This document shows positions 55,297 to 64,000 of a stretch of 64,000 bases of DNA, one piece after another. The stretch's first letter is position 1. Each line of letters starts with the position of its first letter. Under the pieces are notes generated by a model. It was not told the origin of the DNA, searched no databases, and worked only from the letters and a program-made list of their open reading frames with translations. A program made the position numbers and the translations under genes. Source of the DNA: Bacteroidales bacterium (GTDB taxonomy: Bacteria > Bacteroidota > Bacteroidia > Bacteroidales > Tenuifilaceae); contig JAFWUG010000071.1 of the NCBI GenBank assembly GCA_017524185.1, positions 3,445 to 67,444 of the forward strand, given 5' to 3'.

Positions 55297-55319
55297 AAGG
55301 GAGGCATTGCGCCTCCCTT
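55297..55319 (-). terminator. Rho-independent terminator of the OMP gene 55346-56017
   Basis: AAGGGAGGC pairs with GCCTCCCTT. On the minus strand it is followed by TTTTTTTG. Confidence 0.75.
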
Positions 55320-55345
55320 GCATGTTTGCGTTATTATGCAGCAAA

Positions 55346-56017
55346 TTAGAACTTCCAGCCCAACTCAACGGAAAGGCCACGATGAGTGTTTTTTGTATTA
55401 GCTGACTGTACGGCAGCCACATTAGCAAAACCTTGCCACCAAATTAAGCCAACCGATAGTTGGTCATACTCTAAACCAAGCCCAAAATCAGCTCCCCAAT
55501 CAAGACGACGATAGTCAGCAGGAGCTTCGTTACCCCATATAAAGTCCTTAGTGCTTTTACCACTGCTAGTGTTATCACCAACAGTTGTTTCTGTCATGTA
55601 TTTCCTTTTACCGAATAAACCAAAACCCACATAAGGACCCACCTGAGCAAAAAGCTTAAGATCACTACCCAAAGTAAGGAAATATGCCTTTAAGTTTACA
55701 GGTATGTCCACATAAAATTGTGAATAAATATCCTGCGTTTTAGTATTCAACGTAGGAAGTATATTTTCTCTCTTGCAACCTTTACGCGAGAAAAGAGCGT
55801 CAACCTCAAGGGCGAGGATGTCGGTTAGGCCAATCTCCATACCCACACCAGCATTGAAGCCGAGCAGCCAGCCTGGCTCGTACTTTGTGGTTGCGTCTTG
55901 CCAAGTCATGGTTGTGGTGTTCAAACCAGCTTTTACGCTGAACGAGAGCTGCGCTGAGGCAGTTGTGCCCATTGCCATCATGGCTACAAGGGCAAAAAGT
56001 AGTGTTGCTTTCTTCAT
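55346..56017 (-). CDS. Outer membrane beta-barrel protein (small porin-like family)
   Basis: 223 aa with signal peptide ending TTASAQ, alternating hydrophobic beta-strand pattern and a C-terminal WKF. Confidence 0.75.
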   Translation of the reverse strand: MKKATLLFALVAMMAMGTTASAQLSFSVKAGLNTTTMTWQDATTKYEPGWLLGFNAGVGMEIGLTDILALEVDALFSRKGCKRENILPTLNTKTQDIYSQFYVDIPVNLKAYFLTLGSDLKLFAQVGPYVGFGLFGKRKYMTETTVGDNTSSGKSTKDFIWGNEAPADYRRLDWGADFGLGLEYDQLSVGLIWWQGFANVAAVQSANTKNTHRGLSVELGWKF

Positions 56018-56169
56018 AACTTATAGGTTTAATGAGGTTTGTTCGGTCTCAAAAAATGCTGTTCAACTTTGAACATTGGTGTTTTACAAAAAGAGCGCCA
56101 CAATTGCCATCGCCTCTGAACCATCGGCTACGCTCACCGCCTTTAACGGCACTTGCCACAAATTGGTTG

Positions 56170-56811
56170 CTAAAAGCGGTAGAAAAGGTTGATGGTTTCG
56201 CCATAGACAACGAAACGTTGGTGCGTTGCATACTTGTCTTTCTCGCGGATGCGAAAGGCCGCCAGAGAGGTTAGGCCTGTCCTGGTTTCGAGCCCAATGT
56301 GCCAAGATTTGTTGATTGCAAAATCGAAGCCCAGAGCAAGGTTAAGGCTCATGCCAGTTTGGTTGCTGAGCCAGCGCCCCTCGGGGTTGTTATTCTGTAT
56401 GTCGAAGGCGAAACCAGGTTTTAGGTAGAGCCACTTCAACAGGTCGAAACGTGCAAATAGGGGGATGCTCCAAATATTCGAGGGGCAAGTGCGCTGGACA
56501 ACAGGGTCGCTGGCGTAGCTTTGATAGGTGTTGTATAGCCCCATGTAGTTCACTCCGCCACCAACCCACAGCCAATCTATAACCTTGCGGCTGTAGGTTA
56601 TACCGAATGTGGCACCTCCACCAGGCTTTGCTGTGCGCATTTCGCCGTCGGTTTTGAATCGGAACACGTTGTTGAGCATGTGTCCGCCGCTTATCTCGAG
56701 CATATTGTCCTTGGGTATCTCGAGCGAGTAGGTCTCGGTTGCGCTTTGGGCAAAAGCCGTGGTTGAGATAGCCATAAGGGCAACCGCAGTGAAGAATCGT
56801 TTGATACGCAT
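56170..56811 (-). CDS. Outer membrane beta-barrel protein
   Basis: 213 aa with signal peptide ending TTAFAQ, beta-strand periodicity and a C-terminal aromatic residue (YRF). Confidence 0.7.
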   Translation of the reverse strand: MRIKRFFTAVALMAISTTAFAQSATETYSLEIPKDNMLEISGGHMLNNVFRFKTDGEMRTAKPGGGATFGITYSRKVIDWLWVGGGVNYMGLYNTYQSYASDPVVQRTCPSNIWSIPLFARFDLLKWLYLKPGFAFDIQNNNPEGRWLSNQTGMSLNLALGFDFAINKSWHIGLETRTGLTSLAAFRIREKDKYATHQRFVVYGETINLFYRF

Positions 56812-57032
56812 AGTCTATCTGAGTATGTTTATAATATTATCACACAATAAATTACACCTTTATAGCGCAAGGCGCAAAACGGTCGCAAGATACGCATTTT
56901 GCCCCAATAGCGAGCAGCAGGCGGCTTAATTTTTAAGTTTATACTAACGCTACATCCGCACTGGCTGGGCGTTTGCGGGATAAATAGCGAGGCAATAGCT
57001 GAGCAACATGGTTTGGCAAAGGGTTTTTGTAG

Positions 57033-57040
57033 TACCTTTG
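57033..57040 (+). promoter_or_regulatory. -7 box TACCTTTG for uvrA
   Basis: TAnnTTTG, 66 nt upstream of ATG 57106. A TTTG lies 17 nt upstream of it. Confidence 0.4.
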
Positions 57041-57105
57041 CAGGATTTACATCGCGAGGTGTTGGAGCGTGCCGATTCCCCGCGCAACAGACAGAGAAGC
57101 GCAAC

Positions 57106-59937
<2,832 letters not shown>

Positions 59938-59939
59938 CC

Positions 59940-60716
59940 ATGCCACGCTATAAACTCACCATTGAATACGACGGCTCGCGCTACCACGGATGGCAATTCC
60001 AACGCGAATCGCCCACCATTATGGGCGCACTGATGACCGCCATTCGCGACGTGTATGGCGATGTGCCTTTCGAACTCTACGGCGCAGGCCGCACCGACGC
60101 GGGCGTTCACGCGCTGGGACAAGTTGCGCACCTCGACATCGACTCAAAACTACCCGCAGCCCATGCCCTACACGATCTGAACCAAGCACTGCCCCGCTCC
60201 ATTGCCATACTCGCCATGGAGCCAACCCACAGCCGTTTCCACGCCCGCCACGACGCGGTATCGCGCAGCTACGTCTATCACATCGCGTTGCGCAAATCGG
60301 CCTTTGGGCGCAACCACACGTGGTGGGTGAAAAATCGCTTAAATCTGGAAACAATGGCCGAAACCGCTATGCTACTTGAAGGGATGCACGATTTTAAATC
60401 GTTTGGGCGAACCGAGCAAAAAGGCGGTTCAACGTTGGTGCAACTGCAACGCCTACGCATCTACGAACTGGGCGATTCGGTGGTTATACACGTGCTTGGC
60501 TCGCATTTTCTTTGGCGCATGGTGCGCCGCCTGGTTGGCACGCTGGTTGAAGTTGGCCGTGGCGGCCTAACCCCAAAACAGGTTGAGGGCTTTCTGCTCC
60601 ACGAGTCGGACATTCCCACGCAACTAATAGCACCGCCATCGGGCCTATACCTCGAGCATGTCTATTACCCCAGCGACCCAATCGAGGACGAACCTACGTT
60701 TTTGATGAATTTATAG
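59940..60716 (+). CDS. truA: tRNA pseudouridine(38-40) synthase TruA
   Basis: 258 aa with YDGSRYHGWQ and the catalytic GAGRTDAGVHA. Confidence 0.93.
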   Translation: MPRYKLTIEYDGSRYHGWQFQRESPTIMGALMTAIRDVYGDVPFELYGAGRTDAGVHALGQVAHLDIDSKLPAAHALHDLNQALPRSIAILAMEPTHSRFHARHDAVSRSYVYHIALRKSAFGRNHTWWVKNRLNLETMAETAMLLEGMHDFKSFGRTEQKGGSTLVQLQRLRIYELGDSVVIHVLGSHFLWRMVRRLVGTLVEVGRGGLTPKQVEGFLLHESDIPTQLIAPPSGLYLEHVYYPSDPIEDEPTFLMNL

Positions 60717-60795
60717 GATTATGAGATAGAATATATCTCTAAGCCATAATTCTACCTAAAAAAACAACCCAAAGGACACAGCAGCCAACCCCCCC

Positions 60796-61980
60796 CTACT
60801 CTACCTGTAGCACAAGCCCTTTAAGATACTCACCCTCAGGATGATATATACTTATGGGATGATCGGCAGGCTGAGTGAGTTGATGGAGAATGCGAGCATC
60901 GCGCTGGGCAATGGCGCACGCCGAGAATACAGCATTGCGAAAATTCTGTTTATCGACCACCTGCGAACACGAAAAGGTGAAAAGCAACCCTCCTGGACGA
61001 AGGCAGCGCAAAGCAGCGAGGTTTAAGCGCTTGTAGGCCTGAAGCGCATTGCGAAGCGCATCGCCGTGCTTGGCAAAGGCAGGCGGATCAAGCACAATGA
61101 TGTCGAACGGTTCGGGGTGTGTGCGCAGATACTCGAACGTGTCCATGGCCACTGCCTCGTGGGGCGCATTGTTGCCAAAATTGATGGCCACATTTTGGGC
61201 GGCAATTTCAACGGCCTTTGCCGACGTATCGACAGAAACAACGCGCGTTGCTCCACCTGCAAGCGCATACACCGAAAATCCGCCCGTATAGCAAAAAGTG
61301 TTCAGCACGGTTTGACCGCTCGCATAACGGCGAAGCAATTCGCGATTCTCACGCTGATCGATAAAAAAACCTGTTTTTTGCCCCCCTTCCCACGCCACAT
61401 TGAATTTGCAGCCGTTCTCCTGCACCATATCGCTGGGCAGAGCATTGCCCACCAATGGACCATCAACGGGATTGTAGCGCTCGCGCATAGGCATGGTGCC
61501 GCTGCTCTTGTCGTACACCGCTGCTATAGGAGATTCGGGCAACTCCATGAGCAGCTGAGCCAGTTGCTCCCTGATGCGATACATACCCACGGTATGACAC
61601 TGTATGACAGCTGTTTGCGCATACACATCGACAACCAACCCCGGCAAGCCATCGGCCTCGCCGTGCACGAGCCTAAAGGCGTTGGTGCCGTCATTTGCGC
61701 ACAAGCCCTGCTGCTGTCGGCGACGTAGCGCAGCCTCAAGCCGCATTCGCCAAAATTCAGCATTCAAAGGTTTTTCGCCAAACTGTAGCACTCGAACGGT
61801 GATTGATCCCGAATGAAAATGGCCATGCGCCAAAACATCGCCCTGCGCTGTGCGCACGGCCACCACATCGCCCTCGGCAGGCTGTCCGTCAATACGAGCA
61901 ATTGCGCCCGAAAACACCCAAGGATGGAAACGGAGCAACGACTGCTCTCGATTCGGTTTTAGTACTACAACTGCATTCAT
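60796..61980 (-). CDS. rlmI: Class I SAM-dependent rRNA methyltransferase, RlmI-like (PUA + MTase)
   Basis: The N-terminus has LKPNREQSLLRFHPWVFSGAI, and the MTase core has VLNTFCYTGGFS and IVLDPPAF. The start ATG 61980 overlaps the upstream stop (ATGA). Confidence 0.75.
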   Translation of the reverse strand: MNAVVVLKPNREQSLLRFHPWVFSGAIARIDGQPAEGDVVAVRTAQGDVLAHGHFHSGSITVRVLQFGEKPLNAEFWRMRLEAALRRRQQQGLCANDGTNAFRLVHGEADGLPGLVVDVYAQTAVIQCHTVGMYRIREQLAQLLMELPESPIAAVYDKSSGTMPMRERYNPVDGPLVGNALPSDMVQENGCKFNVAWEGGQKTGFFIDQRENRELLRRYASGQTVLNTFCYTGGFSVYALAGGATRVVSVDTSAKAVEIAAQNVAINFGNNAPHEAVAMDTFEYLRTHPEPFDIIVLDPPAFAKHGDALRNALQAYKRLNLAALRCLRPGGLLFTFSCSQVVDKQNFRNAVFSACAIAQRDARILHQLTQPADHPISIYHPEGEYLKGLVLQVE

Positions 61981-62573
61981 GGCCTTACATTTTGTGGATT
62001 TTCGGCTTGTAGGCGCATATACATCAGCAACCCCACCCAGGCATCGGTGGCAGCATAGCTGATTTGCGCCGGTGTATAGGTTTCGGCCTCCCAATTACTG
62101 AGCTGCTGGGTTTTTGATACACGTCCATTCAGCACTACGGCGGCCATCTTGCGCAGCCCTTTAACAGCAATGCCGAATCGGGGGACTATGCTCTGTAAGT
62201 CGACAAAACCATACGCTTTGAAACGAGCAATGCGTTGTAGCCCTTTAATATCGTCGTGTACAGCCGCTCCAACCTTAAGCACATCGGGCGATTCGAGCAA
62301 TCTAAGAATTGGCGCGGGCACCCCCGCTGTGTTTAGGCGCACGAGCACTGCCAGTTGTTCGGTGGCCAACTGCAACAAAGCTGTGGGGTTGCGCGGCCCA
62401 GCCTTAAACACGGGGCGGGTTTCGGTGTCGAAGCCCAACACGGGTGCGCTATAGAGTTCGGTCAACAAGTCGGTGGTAAGATCTTCGGCGGTATTTATGA
62501 TGGCTGTACGTCCGCCAAATTGCAACAGAGGCAGTTGTGATATTTCTTCGTTAGAAATACTCTCAGCAAACAT
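61977..62573 (-). CDS. 3'-5' exonuclease domain protein (RNase D/DnaQ-like fold)
   Basis: 198 aa with the ExoI motif VLGFDTET, LLQLAT and YAATDAW. Confidence 0.75.
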   Translation of the reverse strand: MFAESISNEEISQLPLLQFGGRTAIINTAEDLTTDLLTELYSAPVLGFDTETRPVFKAGPRNPTALLQLATEQLAVLVRLNTAGVPAPILRLLESPDVLKVGAAVHDDIKGLQRIARFKAYGFVDLQSIVPRFGIAVKGLRKMAAVVLNGRVSKTQQLSNWEAETYTPAQISYAATDAWVGLLMYMRLQAENPQNVRP

Positions 62574-62582
62574 AGCTTTAAT

Positions 62583-62834
62583 TTATATTTTAATTCTATC
62601 CATAAACTCCCTAAATTGCTTGCGATACTTGCTGCGATCGCTTTTTCGGCCCAAATGATTGCGAGCATAAAAAATCATCCGTTCGCGAAACGCATTTTCG
62701 GCCACAATATAGCCATCTTGCACTATGTAATGGTCGTAGATGGCATTTTGCAACTCAAACTTTTGCATGGTGCATTGAGTATGTTCGTCGAGAGCTGAAA
62801 GCAATGTTAGGTAGCGAGAATAGGTAAGCAACAT
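62583..62834 (-). CDS. Hypothetical small protein
   Basis: 83-aa ORF (or 61 aa from the internal Met), tightly spaced between flanking same-strand genes. No family was recognised. Confidence 0.45.
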   Translation of the reverse strand: MLLTYSRYLTLLSALDEHTQCTMQKFELQNAIYDHYIVQDGYIVAENAFRERMIFYARNHLGRKSDRSKYRKQFREFMDRIKI

Positions 62835-62852
62835 GAATGTAAAATAGGGCTT

Positions 62853-63425
62853 TTAAGATTCGTCCCAGAGGTCGTCGGAAGTTGGACGGGGTTTAACTGG
62901 TGGTTCTAGGTCGATGCCAGAATGTCGGAGCCGGTGAAACTCGGCGACCAGACGCGCCAAACGCTCGCCCCAGCGATCGGCAAAAGTTTCGGACAGCTCC
63001 CACAGCGCATCGTTCATAATCTCGTCGTTTCCAATGCTAAATCGCCCCTCAAAATTCTTTAGTTCCTGATAAACATCGGCCAAATGCTCGGCCAAACTGG
63101 CCACCTGAACATCCTCGGTGATGCGTCCATCGAGCTGGCAAAGGAGCATAAACTCATCGTTGGGAGCAAGCATCCGCGCCATTTTCTGCTCTATCTGTGC
63201 GTATTGCAACTCGGTTACAAACTGCTCGTTGAGGTCGTCGCATAGCGGTTCGGGGTGCGGAAGCAGCGTTCCCTTATAGTAGAGTAAAGGCAGCAATTTG
63301 TGACAAACACCAACAAATACAGCAGGTCGCGACTCATCGCATGTTTCGAGGTAGGCGCAAAACTCCTTGGCGATGGTGGCAAATTCGAGCGTTTCGCGAC
63401 TGTATATCAACTGTTTAGCGTCCAT
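62853..63425 (-). CDS. Hypothetical acidic protein, tentatively DUF5063-like
   Basis: 190 aa from ATG 63425 (MDAKQLIYSRETLEFATIAKEFCAYLE). The family assignment is from memory only. Confidence 0.5.
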   Translation of the reverse strand: MDAKQLIYSRETLEFATIAKEFCAYLETCDESRPAVFVGVCHKLLPLLYYKGTLLPHPEPLCDDLNEQFVTELQYAQIEQKMARMLAPNDEFMLLCQLDGRITEDVQVASLAEHLADVYQELKNFEGRFSIGNDEIMNDALWELSETFADRWGERLARLVAEFHRLRHSGIDLEPPVKPRPTSDDLWDES

Positions 63426-63551
63426 TCTATTGTCAGAAAATGATGTGCAAAGATACATCATTTTCATTGAACTAATGAAATCGATATAAAACATTTATAA
63501 TAGGATTAAAGAGAAACCAACGTTTTAATCTTTTCGTTTTTTTATATTTGT

Positions 63552-63592
63552 GGGACTTCTAAATAAATCTATTTGATTTATTTAGAAGTCCC
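63552..63592 (-). terminator. 18-bp-stem hairpin downstream of the membrane protein gene
   Basis: GGGACTTCTAAATAAATC-TATTT-GATTTATTTAGAAGTCCC. Confidence 0.65.
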
Positions 63593-63618
63593 CAATTGTT
63601 ATTCCCTCGCAAAAACAA

Positions 63619-63990
63619 TTATTCGTTGCAATGTGATTTATTATTTGAATATGTGGGGTGTACATCATTATCAACGATAGAAACTATTTCTTTTTGCCTC
63701 TTTTCTTCATCATCCTTAGCGGCCACAGCCTCAATGTGTTTGTAATAAAGAGAACGAAAGTATATCAAGAATGTAGTGTATAAAGAAACAAAAAAGCAAC
63801 AAATAAAATACTTATCAATTACATTAACCCAGCTATCTACAACACATAAAAAAACATATAATGTGCTTATAAAAATCAGCGGCAAAAACCACGAAATAAC
63901 AAATACATCAACCATTTGTAACCATTGTTTTCTGAATTTAAATTTTCGTTTTGATAACCATGGTATAGCCACAATATAGGTCAACACCAT
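63619..63990 (-). CDS. Hypothetical membrane protein (AT-rich gene)
   Basis: 123 aa with 2-3 predicted TM helices and a charged C-terminal tail. It has very low GC compared with the rest of the window. Confidence 0.5.
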   Translation of the reverse strand: MVLTYIVAIPWLSKRKFKFRKQWLQMVDVFVISWFLPLIFISTLYVFLCVVDSWVNVIDKYFICCFFVSLYTTFLIYFRSLYYKHIEAVAAKDDEEKRQKEIVSIVDNDVHPTYSNNKSHCNE

Positions 63991-64000
63991 GAAAAATATC

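Larger units (their letters stand above)
54615..55319. repeat. Cluster of at least 12 GC-rich perfect or near-perfect hairpins and short repeats (REP-like region)
   Basis: Examples: CCCCACAC-GGAA-GTGTGGGG (54683-54702), GCTCTC-GAA-GAGAGC (54726-54740), GGACACAC-ACG-GTGTGTCC (54756-54774), CAAGGGGGCATGCCCCCTTG (54860-54879), GTAGAGACGGGG-CGTG-CCCCGTCTCTAC (54924-54951), GGACGCGA-TGAA-TCGCGTCC (55146-55165) and CCCCCTCTCCAC-A-GTGGAGAGGGGG (55214-55238). Confidence 0.85.

Noticed and set aside
56085-56100. Sigma-54-like element TGGCGCTCTTTTTGTA upstream of the OMP gene 55346-56017
   Set aside because: There are two mismatches, including loss of the essential -12 GC (GT instead). This is not distinguishable from chance.

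Overview
This is a 64-kb chromosomal segment that looks like a Bacteroidales (Bacteroidota) genome. The taxonomic call rests on TAnnTTTG-type -7 promoter boxes, an rseC-rnfBCDGEA operon, DUF4143 ATPases, a TolC/MFP/FtsX efflux cluster and lipoprotein-rich content. All product calls come from reading the supplied translations against remembered family motifs; no database search was possible.

The window holds about 50 protein genes and two tRNAs (Arg-ACG, Val-CAC). I saw no rRNA, no CRISPR array, and no recognisable transposase, integrase or phage genes.

Housekeeping content:
- An ECF sigma factor, mnmE, dnaB, and an NtrC-type two-component system.
- The Rnf complex, a C69 dipeptidase and rplS.
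- A TolC-MFP-3xFtsX-ABC efflux cluster.
- A cysD-cysN-cysH-pstS-pstC-pstA gene string, with a LuxR-type regulator and a divergent pstB-like gene next to it.
- mltG, a SPOR protein, a radical SAM enzyme, two beta-barrel OMPs, uvrA, truA and rlmI.

Signals worth a second look:
1. Two paralogous DUF4143 AAA+ ATPase genes each carry, right at their promoter, a perfectly phased 33-bp tandem array of 6-7 units. The two arrays differ in sequence but share a CCAAC-N11-CAAC skeleton. One ATPase gene also has a duplicated 117-bp block downstream.
2. Three sigma-54 (-24/-12) promoters have upstream palindromic or repeated candidate enhancer sites. They sit in front of the ECF sigma gene, an AT-rich lipoprotein gene and the efflux operon.
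3. A Pst-family ABC importer is embedded in the sulfate-assimilation operon. An 18-bp palindrome (ATACCAAACGTTTGGTAT) lies at matching promoter distance upstream of both cysD and the separated pstB-like gene.
4. An 800-bp intergenic region is packed with GC-rich perfect hairpins and repeats.

No canonical defence or mobile system was recognised. The repeat/ATPase association is the best candidate for something undescribed, and its function is inference only.
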